Shown here one piece after another: positions 40,401 through 52,139 of a stretch of DNA of 64,000 bases (positions within the stretch are counted from its first letter, which is position 1; each line of letters opens with the position of its first letter). This stretch comes from Lama glama (lineage: Eukaryota). The stretch spans positions 30,382,001-30,446,000 of the forward strand of contig CM052817.1 in the NCBI GenBank assembly GCA_028534125.1, in the 5' to 3' direction. Both the position numbers and the translations under genes were made by a program. Under the pieces are notes generated by a model. It did not search any database. It saw nothing but the letters and a program-made list of their open reading frames with translations, and was not told where the DNA came from.

Positions 40401-40885
40401 GACAAATGATTAGTGTTTCCAGAATCTGCTTGGTACTTTCAGAGTCAGAGCAAATAAAGGATGTCAAAGGGTCATTTAATTCACCTGGTGGGCTATTTTG
40501 ATAACTACTGTCAATTTCCAGGATTATTTCCCCCATTTGAGAAAAAGAAATTCTGGCATGATACATCTCTAAGGAGTCCTGGCCTAATAAGTGGCTAGGG
40601 GTGGAGGAACTAAAGAGAAAAGGGTGTGTGTCTCTCCAAGGGCCTAGACGAAATGGAACAGGTTCAGAGACTGGAACCACCTGAGGTGTGTCAGAGATCT
40701 CCATTACTTGAACTTTTTTAGTGCTCTGAGGCAAAGACTTGTTTTACAGTAGTGGGGTTGAACATTGAGAGTGCGGCTTCTGTGTCAGTTAGGACAGGAA
40801 GAGGGTCCTCCCCAATCTGGAGAAACCTTTCTCCAAGACAACTAAGAAGGAGGACTGGGAAGCGCCCCTGTAGTTCCTTGGGCCA
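40400..40885 (-). pseudogene. pro: ERV protease remnant
   Basis: PVLTDTEAALS at ~40770-40798 is a degenerate DTG active site. ORF 40393..40734 has HPFLFSSSTPSHLLGQDSL (LLGRD-like motif). Confidence 0.85.
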
Positions 40886-40889
40886 CATG

Positions 40890-42595
40890 ATTGAGAAGTG
40901 GGAGGAATCTGGAAGGCTGATTAGAGGGCTGAAGGTACCGAAAGCACTTTATTTGTAAAAATCTCTTTTCCAATGTCCTGGCTCATCGCAATAATAGCAG
41001 AAACCAGGAGGGTTTCAGTTTCTTTTAGGAGCCTTCACTTGTTGGAGTTGAAGATTAAGACATTGGGTGGTTTTCCTTGAAGGTAACATCTAAAGTAAAA
41101 GAGAGCTTGTTTGTCAGATTAACTCAATCTAAAGTGGACATAGTTTCCCATTTTACCCTGGTCCTTTTTGCAGGGAAAGGTCCCCAGTTCAACCCACTGA
41201 TAAAGATAGAGTTAAAAGCAACTTGGGTGCATCAACATCTGAAAGAAAACCAAAATATTCTTTAAAAATAATATAACGTTGATCATAATAATCATGAACA
41301 GATTCATCAGATTTTTGTTGCAGGTCTGAATTTTGTTCCAATCAACAAGCTTCTTGACAAAGTCACCTAGCAATTGTCTGAGCCTAAGTGTATAATAAAT
41401 TAGTCAGCTGGTCTCCTAGTGGTAATTCTAGAGACTTCTCAGAACTTTTCCACTTAGGGGTTTTCATCCAATGCTGGGGCTGGCCTACACGGACAAGAAT
41501 GTGAACTAGCTGATACAAGTCAGGGAGACTAAGTTGACAAATTTGAGTGGCTATCTTAAATTCCTCAGCAAATATGTGAGAATTGTTGATTATTTTGAGA
41601 AAATCTCTGACAATGGCCTACAGTTCAGCTTTAGTCCAGGGAATATAAGAAATTAAGAGCTTAATCTCTAGATTCTCAGAGGGTTTAATTTTAAAGGAAC
41701 AGGTTCTGACACACTCAGAAGAAAAGGGGGTGGGACAAGTTTTGGAGAAAGGGGGAAGTTTGGGGAGATGATTAGTATGGGAGAAATTGAGGGTGTAGTG
41801 GAGGCTCACGCAGCACAGAAGGGAAGGGAGATGACGACGCCAGTGAAGGTGTCTGGCGAGGAAAGAACCACGGAAGAGCGACAAGATGGCGCTGGAGGTG
41901 GAGCCAGAGGCAAAGAAGCCAAGGAAGAAGAATCTGAGGCTTTGGGGAGTCATTTTATTTTTCTTTAGTCATTTGTTTCTCTCAGTTAATACCAAAATAA
42001 GGCAAATTTAGACTCCAGATAATGTTGAGAAGCCTCAAAATGCCAATCAAAATAAGCATTCCACTCAGTTCTGGAAACTTTTGAGCTATTGTAGTCCAAT
42101 TTAGTTTTTTAAAAAATTAAGTTTGGGGATTATAAAAGTTTTCCAAAATGGCCATTGATATTCTAAAGTGCTTTTGGTCAAGTTGGTCCATTTGGTTAGA
42201 AATTCACATGAGGAGATGTTGCCGAGTCCAAACTCATTTTGGTCACTGCATGAGGCGTTGGGGCAAGGAATAGCGACTTTATTGGACAGCCGGCAGACCC
42301 AGAGGATGGCAGACTAATGTCTTGGAGAACCATCCTGCTCTAGTCGGAATACAGGCTCCTTTTACACAAAAAAACAAGGGAGAGGGTGTGGTTGATTGTT
42401 GCAGTCTTCTTGCTGCAGGCATTCTTTGTTCTCGCAGCCATCCCCTTGGGCTAGGTCATGGTGTCCCTGAAAACCTCCAACAAAACAAAGGTTATTCTTT
42501 ACTACAGGACCACAGTTTTTAAACATAAAATTAGCCAGAGTCCTTGGTGGAGGGGTGGGGGCATCCTCAAACTATTTGGATAACTGGAATCCCAT
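40890..42595 (-). pseudogene. gag: ERV gag remnant
   Basis: Start MGFQLSK at 42595. MA-like FLTKWTNLTK..YQWPFW. Ser/Pro-rich spacer. CA-start-like YIPWTKAEL (ORF 41618..41953). NC knuckle CYYCDEPGHWKRDF (~40958-41000; last Cys mutated). Confidence 0.88.
42217..42506 (-). mobile_element. Short solo LTR (family C) inserted in gag MA
   Basis: Starts tgttgccgagtccaaactc and ends actaca. Minus-strand AATAAA near 42280. The Gag reading KNCGP...SSCEFLTKW is split by it. TSD is not clean. Confidence 0.75.
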
Positions 42596-42607
42596 CCTCA
42601 GAGAATT

Positions 42608-43220
42608 CGTTACCTGAAAACTGGGCTTGCCTCTTGGTGGGTGTCCAGCCAAAAGACACAACCAAGCCGAAGATCAGGAGAAGGAAGGATTTATTACTTC
42701 CAGCAAATAAAGAGAACACCAAAGATCTTTCCCAAAGCGGTGTCTCCTGGAACAGCAAAACTGGGGAAGTTTTAGGCTAAGAGTATATGCATGTTCATGA
42801 AGGAGCTTGGGCTAAGCTTTAGCTGATTGAACTTAAAAGGGTCAGAAAAGGTCAGTTATCATCACGCCTAAGGTTCCAGCTGATCTAGTGGTTGAGCACT
42901 TCAGGCTAATCTTTAAAGAGAATTGGGAGTCTTTACAACTGATATATTATCTTTGCTATTATTACTTCTCTTACCTGACAACCGTCCTTTGCTTCTGCAT
43001 TCCTTTGTCCCCTTAAGATCAGTAATTACTTCCTTACTGATCTTAAGTTAATTACTTGACTTACTTTAAATCACTCCTAAAGGACCTATTCAAGGTCAAG
43101 CATTGTGGCCAGGCTTAGATCACAAAATGGCTCAGGCTGGAAATGGTTTCTCTTATATCAAGAAAGCCAGGCCTGGTTTGCTTTCTCTGGGGACACCCTA
43201 CCCTACCCTATCTGATTACA
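42608..43220 (-). mobile_element. Solo LTR (family D) inserted in the ERV leader just upstream of the gag ATG
   Basis: cgttacctgaaaactggg (TG start mutated to CG) ... ccctatctgattaca. Minus-strand AATAAA (ggatttattac) near 42690. Confidence 0.8.
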
Positions 43221-43764
43221 GTTTTTTCTCTAGAGTAAAAACAGTTTTCAAACAGCTCAGACAGCTTAACAGCACAAATGGCTCAATTCAGTTTGCAAGC
43301 TGATCTCAGCCAATCCTACGAAGACAGCTTGGTCCACAAAGAGCCAAGCCCAGGGCTTTTTTTTTTTTTTTTTCCTCCCTAGCCAGTCTTCAGAGGATAG
43401 TCCTTCCAAAGGAATAGGTTGAAGGCTAAAAAACTCAGCACAGTTCCTTTTGAAGCCATCCCTTCCTAAGGAATTAAGCCAAAAGCAATTTCAACCACCT
43501 TCAGTTGATACAGTCTGATCTCAAGATCAGATTGAAGTGCCAAATGAGTGACTAGCATACAGAACAAGGTCTTAGCCAGAAAGTAAAACTTTAAATAGAT
43601 CCCAAGTAATGCCTAGAGAGCTTTCAAATGCAAAGAGTATATGAGCTCGAATCCAGGAGAAACATATACCTTCAAACTCCAGGGTTAGCAAGAAAACCAG
43701 TGAGCAACAGTGATAATACCCATCTGCTCACCAGGCCCAGAGCCTTCTCAGAGGCCTTCTCTGG

Positions 43765-43783
43765 TCCCTGTATGGGTCACTCA
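43765..43783 (-). promoter_or_regulatory. Primer-binding site, tRNA-Ile-like
   Basis: TGAGTGACCCATACAGGGA, 2 nt after the LTR end, versus tRNA-Ile(AAT) PBS TGGTGGCCCGTACGGGGA. One insertion and three G>A changes, two of them at CpG. Confidence 0.65.
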
Positions 43784-43785
43784 GA

Positions 43786-44126
43786 TGTTCACCTGAAACA
43801 AATGGTCTACCAAGTATTTCTCAAGCAAAGGTGGGCTTATTCGGGATCAGCAGAGAATTGTACCTTGGGGTCTGCTACAATGGCGAGGTATGTACAAATT
43901 CCCACACAGCAAGGGAAGGAGAACATTTTTATAGAGAAGAAAAGGAAACTGGGAGGGTTGTAGTAAATAAAGTCCCTGGCTTTTCACTGGCTGTGTTCTT
44001 GCCAGGAAAGAAGAATCTTTCTTCTTCCTCTTGGGCTCTGCTATCATCACAGGGCATGAGAGCTCCCCCTTCTGGTCTTTCAACTCTATTTAATTAAGGC
44101 TTCCTCTTTATTAATATTTTTTTATA
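43786..44126 (-). mobile_element. Proviral 5' LTR
   Basis: Boundaries set by homology to the TSD-bounded solo LTR 21364-21685. Minus-strand TATAAAA at 43927-43933. Followed directly by the PBS. Confidence 0.9.
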
Positions 44127-44229
44127 CCAGGCAGAAAATGAAGGATTCTGGTTCAAGTTGGCAGAAATACACACAGACACGCACACGCACACGCACACAC
44201 ACACAAATTATTAATTACCCTTGGAAATA

Positions 44230-46090
44230 AAGTAGTCTCAAACTGCAAACCATGAAAAAACACTACTAACATTTTGCATTGCCAAACTTTTCTAATTTGA
44301 TAGGTAAAGAATCAAATTTCACGTTAATGTGCATTTTGTAGTAAGATTGAGCACTGTACTTAATTTTTCCCTGTGAAATGTTTACTGGTTTACTTTGCCC
44401 ACCTTTAAAAAGAGTTGTTGGTATCTTCTTTTACTTATAAAATCATCTTACAACTAAATAAACTTTGTCAATTACATTGGAAGGACTCCATCCTGCCTCT
44501 TACCAGAAGCACCAACTATTATTATTTTCTTATATATTATTTCAGAAATTTTCTATCCATATATAACCAACTATATGTATACCTTTTTCATATAATAAAT
44601 GTATACTCTTTAACATACAGGGAAGTTTAGCTTACAAACTCTCCAGTATTTTCTTATATATTTAAAAATATATTTTTTCACTTACAATATATTTAAAGGA
44701 TTTTTTTCCTAGTCAATACATATTTAAATCACTTTTAAAGGCTGATAACATTGCATTATATGTATATAATGTTTTGTTAAAGAAAGGTCCCTTATCCCTG
44801 ATTATTTATGGTCTTTCGATATTATATGTATCACATTGTATGCGCCTTTTTTAAGGTATACCAACCATCTGCAGAAAATTATTGAGTTGAAAACATGTGC
44901 AGTTAGAGTCTTGAGAGTTATTATCAAGAGGTTAATCAGAGGAAAAAAATGCCAATTTACATTCCATTAACAGTAAGGGAATACCTGTGTTAATCAAACA
45001 TTTTAACTTTTGCCAACATAATAGACCAAAAATGGAACATCATCATAAAGTTAGTTTGCACATCTTTGATTCTAACTGAAGTTGGGCATATTTCAAATTT
45101 TTATAAGGCATTGCATTTCTTTTCTTCTACAAATTGTCTTTACATAACCTTGGCTGGCTTTACATATATTTATGCACAGTATGTGTATTTATATAAAATA
45201 TACCTTATGATTTTATTTACATCTTTCATATTCCAAAACCTTTGTTCACTTGATCTTCCTTGGTATGAAAAAGGTAGACAGATCAAAGGAACAGAGTAAA
45301 GAGAACAGAAATAGAAGCAAATGCATATGGGGATTTAGCAACTGGCTAAATGTGGCATTTCACTTCAATAGTGAAAAGATGGATTATGTTTTTTCTTAAA
45401 GTGTTTAGAGTGACTTCATGTCACTAGGAACAAATAGAGCTACATCCGAACATTATTCTTTTTACCAAAACATATTTTAGACAGATGAAAGTAGAAAATG
45501 TGAAAATTAATCTCATAGGAAATTTTTAAAAATAAGTATACTTATTATCTTAGAGGGGGAAATGACTTTCTTCATGAGACACACATCCTGGAAACTATAG
45601 AGGAAAATATTGTTAAAGTTGCATATGACAAAATTATTAAATATCAGTATAGAAAAAAATAGTATAAAAAAGTAAAAGTAGCAAATTATAAACTAAAAAT
45701 ATGGTTATGTCTCCTAAAGATATAAAGCATTTCTACACATTAGAAGAATAACTCAAGAACCCAATAGAAACATGGGCAGATTATATAAAGAAGAAATATT
45801 AGTAATGTATAAACCTCTTTCATAATCAGCAAAATGCAATTTAAAACAAAAATTTGTTACCACCTTTACCCTCCAGGATGACAACAGTGAAAATATTTAT
45901 TTAGCATTAATCCAAAAATCTCAAATGCTAGTGAAGAGAAATCAATTGATTCCAACTCTTTGGTAACAATTTGAAGATAACAAAATGTGAAAGGCACATA
46001 TTTTCCAGTACTTCTTGGAACTGATTCTTATATGTACATGTGTATAAAAATATATGCACTGACATTTATTAACAATATTATTTTCTGTCT
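44230..46090. mobile_element. Old L1M fragments (minus ~44230-45150, plus ~45260-46090)
   Basis: Degraded L1 ORF2/3' motifs (ttttgccaacataatag, gtagacagatcaaaggaacagagta, cccaatagaaacatgggca). Confidence 0.6.
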
Positions 46091-48552
46091 GTATATTGTT
46101 AGTGAGGAAAGTAAAGCTTTGAGCAACATACAGGGAAGGCTCCTATCTGCATCAACATTTGGGACCCAGACCCAGACTGGAATGGAAACTTTTTTTCATT
46201 GCACACATGTTCAAATGTTACCATTTGAATGTGCTAATTAATAATAATACAGGTTATAATAGAATTTGTACTACCTAATATCCTGCAATTTAATATTATG
46301 GTGGGGTTTCACCTATCTCAGCTGGACTGGTTATCAGTGAGTACTGCAATTTTAACCTCTACTACATCACCTTTGTCATGTGATTATATACAAGGAACAA
46401 TGACAAAGGCAGAAAGTAGCTTTTGGCAAAAGCTACATTTGGGTCTAAACCTCAGAGCTTATAATCATTTTTTGCTGGGACTTCTGAAGCTTGTCCTCTT
46501 CTCTATTTCACTCAGATTCTCCTCCCACACACACCTCCTCAACCTCAGGCAGGTTTTCAGTATTATCACATCCTAATTTCATGGCAGGAAGAGGCAGAGG
46601 CTATGCAAATAAAGAAAAAAAATTTGGCTCCAGGGCTGTCGAAATGGTCGAGTAACTGCACTGTAAGAGCAGAGGAGGCGCAAGGGAGAAATTCAAATGG
46701 AGCCTGCCATGTGACCCTCAGATAAACTTCACTCATTGGTTATTACAGCCTATTCAGTATCTGACGTCCGATAAGCAGATCTCTCCTTTAGAAGGAAAAG
46801 GAGCATGAGAGTGGAATCTTAAAATCTTTCTTTCCCTTAGAAACTACATCGCTAACCACTCTTAACTCTATATTGCAAACTCATTCCTATATTCAGAGGC
46901 TCAGACTATATTTCTAACTCAGTTAAATTTCTTAATTTGAATATCCCACCATCATCTCAAAATTAACTTGTCCCAAATTCAACCAAATTTTGTTCAAAAT
47001 CTATTCCTCTTGTTATGGTAATCCCTGTCCTGGTTAAGGGCCCATCAGGTAAGGGTAAATGTTTATCTAGACATTTAAGGTAAAAATGTCACAGTGGTCC
47101 TCCAAGCATCACTGAACCAAGGCAAGAGGAACCCCTGCGCCCATCCACACAAACCACCCTGGTTACAACACACACACACATACACACACACTCACTCACA
47201 CACTCTTAAGGAAGTCATAGGTACCTCTGTCACTCTGGATCTGGCACCCAGACTGGCACAAGGTGAACTGTACCACTAATATCATCTCTTGACAAGTACC
47301 CTTCATGCCCCATGACAGAGTTTCATATCTCTTGCCCTATATTCTTGAAACAAAGGGGAACTACTTCTGAATGATAGGAAGTTGTGAGGACTGCACCACT
47401 ACTGACTGCAGAAGGGGGCCTTGCTGTGGAGAATGATGAGAATTTTAGCTGTGGACGTTTAGGTAAATGAAAAGATTAATTGATGAACTTGTCCAGTGTT
47501 CCTTCAGCTAGCATGTGTACAATGGGTTCTTGCAATAATAAATATCCTTACTCACTAGTGCCAAGTATCCATTTTCACGTTCTCTTCATGCTCCAATCTG
47601 TGGTCTCAGATGTACTCAAGCATTAGTATCAGCTTACAAACTGCTCAATGGAGACTGCAGGACATTTAGCAATATTAACAATTCATCAAGTCCTATTGAT
47701 TTTAAATTTGTATAAATAAAGGAGGAAAGATGCATAAAGCGTGATACCTTTTCTTTACACTGGCAACCAGATGGACATGAAAAGCTAGAATTGTATTTTA
47801 AATATAAACTTCATGATAATTTGCGTTTACACATCTTAATTTCAATACATAATTGGGTTACTTTAGATAAAAAAGAATTTCCTAAAAATATGAAAAGTAA
47901 TGATTTAAGTTTACTTAAATGTACTGTTTTATTGAAAAATATACTAAATTATATATATTTTGAGTACAATTACATTTTAGCTTTTAATCCCTTAAGCCAA
48001 TGTTTTCATGAAAAATTGCTGACCAAAACACTCAGATATGTGCTATAATAATTATATTTAGCTATCATTAATATTTTGCCAACATTGTGATATACAAGTC
48101 TTAGATTAACACTATAGTTAATCTGTCTTTACAGAATTATATTTTTTCAAGATAGGAGGATAGAACATGTTTTAATTAATGGATTTTTGACTTAAATAAA
48201 CTTTTAAAAATTCAGAATATGTTGGCCTGCATAGACTCATCTACTGGGACCTGAGAGGGGAGGGGCCAGCCTGCTCTTCCCAGTCCGCTCCTGTTCACTC
48301 ACCTCTCACACCAAGCCCTCACCAGGTCTTGCTTGTCCAACTCCTGACTGCTTCTAGAATCTCTCCCCTCTCTGATAATTCTTTGTCCACATCCTCATGG
48401 ATTTAACTTGGGTGATCAGGAGCCCTCTGTCTGGTTTCATTTCTTCTATTCTCACTCTCATCAAATCTATTTTTCACAATCCCGAGAGTGGCTTTTCTAC
48501 ATAGCAAACAAGGGATGTCACTACCTTACTTGAAATACTTAAACACCTTGAG

Positions 48553-48990
48553 GACATTACGCTGAGACAGTCAGACAAAGAAAGACAAATACTGTCTATC
48601 ACTTATATGTGGAATCTAAGAAAGCCGATCTTGTAAAAACAGAGTAGAAAGGTGGTTACCAGGGACTGGAGGTAAGGGAGCTAGGGAGACGATGTCTAAG
48701 GGTACACACCTGCAACTAGTAGATAAACAAGTCCTAGAGATCTAATGCACAGTATAGTGATTATAGACAACAATACTGTATTATAAGCTTAAAAACTGCT
48801 AAAAGACTGGATCATAATTCTTCCTACCGCAAAAAAAGAAATAATAATTATGTGATCTGACAAGAGGTATATCGCTACAGTCGTAATGTAATCATATTGC
48901 AATAAACAAATCAACACATTGTAAACCTTAAACTTACACAATATAATGTCAATTATATCTTAATAAAAACAAATTTAAAAAATAAATGAA
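48553..48990 (+). mobile_element. L1MA-type 3' end
   Basis: gaggacattacgct...aaagacaaatactg...cacttatatgtggaatctaa...gtcaattatatcttaataaaaac. Confidence 0.85.
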
Positions 48991-49369
48991 ATAAAGTTGG
49001 TAGACATTTAGAAAAGATCACCATGATTATTAGGAATCAGCACACAGATGTAAGAAAAAATATGTAAAGCTAAGCCAGTTCCCCCTGATGTAGTCGTGGT
49101 GGTGGTTGTAATGGTGGTGGCTTGATGGAACTACCTCACTGAAAACATCTCAGTCACTCTGTGTTAGGTGAGACTTTCAATAAAATTATACAATCTCAAA
49201 GAGTAAATACATACATACATACATCAGCCCCCAAATGACTTATGAGTAAAACCTGAGACTGTTACCATGATATTTGAGAACATTGCACACCTTCTATGTT
49301 TAATCTTTTCTCACTTTCTCATATACCCTATTCCTGGTAATACTAGATTTGGGGGGGGGGGGTTGGTTT

Positions 49370-50066
49370 TAATAGGCTTTTTAAAGAGCAGTTTAGTTTC
49401 ACAGCAAAATTGAGCAGAACGTAGGTTCCCATATATCCCCTGACCACACATATGCACAGCCTCCCAGGCTGTTAACAACCCTCACCAGTTTTGTACATTT
49501 GCTACAATCAATGAATCTACAGTGACAAGTTATTATCACCCAAAGTCCATAGTTTATACGTGAGAGCTCACTCTTTGTGTTGTACTTTCTATGGGTTTTA
49601 CAAATGTATGACTTATTCCACCATTATAGTATCACACAGTGATTCCATTGCCTAAAAATTCTCTGTGCTCTGTCTATGCATCACTCTCTCTTCCTTAATC
49701 CCTGGGAATCACTGATCTTTTACTGTCTCCATTGTTTTGTCTTTACAGCATGTCATACAGTTGAAATCATACAGTATGTAGGCTTTTCCAATTGACTTCT
49801 GTCATTTAGTTATATGCATTTCAGATTCCTCCATGTCTTTTCATGGCTTGATTGCTTATTTCTTTTTAGTGTTGAATAATATTCCATTTTATGGATTTGT
49901 CATTGTTTACTTAGCCATTCACTTCCTGAAGGACATTTTGGCTGCTCCCAAGTTGTGGCAATTATAAACAAAGCTGCTACAAACATTTGTGTGCAAGTGT
50001 TTTTGTGGACATGTTTTTTAACTCATATGGGTAAATACTAAGGGAGTGTGACTGCTGGATCATATG
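49370..50066 (-). mobile_element. L1M 3' fragment
   Basis: gtttcacagcaaaattgagcag...ttatcacccaaagtccatagttta...gactgctggatcatatgg. Confidence 0.85.
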
Positions 50067-50569
50067 GGAGTAAAACATGTAGTGTGAGTCTCTCCGTAGG
50101 CCTGGGCCACCTTGAGTTTTTAAATCTTAGTCTTGCCTACACTGAACCTCTAGCAATCTTTCAATTACAGCTTAGATTTCTGCTCCAGTAAACTGATTTT
50201 TCTATGTTCTCCTGTCTCTTTCTCTAACTTGGGGGACAGTGATTTTCCCTGTGACTTCAATGCTCTTATGAATCTAAGAAGAGTTGTGGATATTCAGTTT
50301 GTTCAGCTTTTTACTTGTTTTTAGGACAGTGACAACTCCCAAGATCCTTAGATCCCGCACCTAATACACTCCAAATGTCGTTGACTTTCTTAATGTGTCC
50401 TAGTATCTCTCTTACCTCAGTGCTTTTATATAAGTTGCTTTATCAGTCTGGACTTCTGTACACTTGCTGCCACCATCTACAGTAGTCTACACTGGGTGAC
50501 AAAGGTTTGTTTTTGTTCATTTTCACTTGAAGATGAAAGCTGCACACTTAGTGTCTGCACCAGGTGTCA

Positions 50570-51020
50570 GGACACAGTTCTTTACTAAGATACAGAAACT
50601 CAACCCAAATTAGCTTAAGCTAAAAAGGAAATCTACTGGTTCATTTGATAAGAAAATACTCATGGTGTTTCTTGCTTGAGGCTTGGCTGGATCCAAAGGT
50701 TCAGATGTTGTCCAGAGGCTGCTGTCTTTTCATTCTCAAATTGCCTATCCACATCTTAACAAAGATAAGTGCTCTGGGTTTGCTGTTTCCTTGTACCAAA
50801 TATTCCTGCTACAAAAATGTGATGGTCCTTTTACTGCCAACATCTATATTAATTTCTTGAAAAGTTCTGGAGTTATCACTGTTCCTAACAGTCAGGGCTA
50901 TTCTTACAGGCCAGCCTGGATTATGTCCTTTCTCCTGTAGCCAGGAATCTCACATATAGAAAGGAGGACCTTGCCCAAAGGAAGGAATACAGACAAGATA
51001 TAAAAGTCACAGATGTAGTC
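50570..51020 (-). mobile_element. Old MLT1-type LTR remnant
   Basis: acagaaactcaacccaaattagcttaagctaaaaaggaaatctactggttca...ggctggatccaaaggttcagatg. Confidence 0.55.
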
Positions 51021-52139
51021 CAAGGTTTTTAACCTAGAAAGTCTCAAAAATGGTCATAAAATTAATTTTTGCAGAAAAAATAGACAACTGAAATTACCCC
51101 AAACTCATTATTTTTTCATATTTATTTTTTGCACATTGAATTCAAATCCCCTGAAAATTTATTAACTCCCACACCTAGTTTGAGCTGTCTACAGTAGCTT
51201 CTAACAAATACATACCCATTAACCATTATGAAAATGGAATGTAAATTAACAGCTGTGTCTTGAAACGATTTTGTTTCCTTTTTTCCCTTAATTATCTTTA
51301 ATATGATTCTCATATTATTTTATAATTTAAAGGTTCTGAAAAAAAGAACTCTTGCCAAAAAGAGAATAACTTTAAAACATTCTGAAGGTTGTTTTATTGC
51401 TATAGAAACAACCATACCGTAACCTGCTATTTAAAGAAACACTAACTTTTACAACTGTATCTGCCTTGACTGTGAATTAATAACCTTTCTGTTTTGTATG
51501 ATAATTTGATAAGAACTGCCTGTATTTGCCCAACTCTACTTGAAGAGTTTAGATCATTTTTGACAGCATCAGCTAACAAGTACACCACCACCCTGAAGAA
51601 CTGTTGTGGATATGACTATTTTCAGTAATGCAGAAAAACTAAAACAAAATGAGGATTCCTGGATCTGCCTTATGTACTATCAAATCACAGACAAGACTGA
51701 ACAAAGGAGGAGATATGACACCAGCTGTGTCTGCAGTCCTCTGCTTGCTCGTAATTCCCTGACTCATTCATTCACCAAAAACTTTTGGAGTGACAGCCTC
51801 TCAGCAGGCACTATGCTAGATACTGCATGTTGTACACTTTGCATTTGTCTTCCAATTATTTCTCCTGTGCTAAGAATATAACTATCATAATTTTTGCTAC
51901 ATGTTTCTTTTCTTTATGCTTCTCGTGTTTATGACTTATTTTTAAAAGCTTGGCAACATGCAAAACCACGTGTAGATGATGACAGAATCCACATAAAACT
52001 TAAAAAATTGACTGGACATTTCAGGCAGGCTATACACTGCAAAATTTCTAAAACAAAACCAGTGGTATATATAGGTATCTTTGACAGGGGACACATTTTG
52101 GTTTGTTACAAAATTCTGAAGTGCAACCATTACATATTA

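Larger units (their letters stand above)
36651..44126 (-). mobile_element. Degenerate class I (gamma/epsilon-like) endogenous retrovirus: 5'LTR-PBS-gag-pro-pol, 3'-truncated
   Basis: Ordered minus-strand motifs: LTR, PBS, MGxxxSK gag start, CCHC knuckle, protease, RT YxDD, RNase H, integrase core and GPY/F. No env or 3' LTR is visible. Confidence 0.95.
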
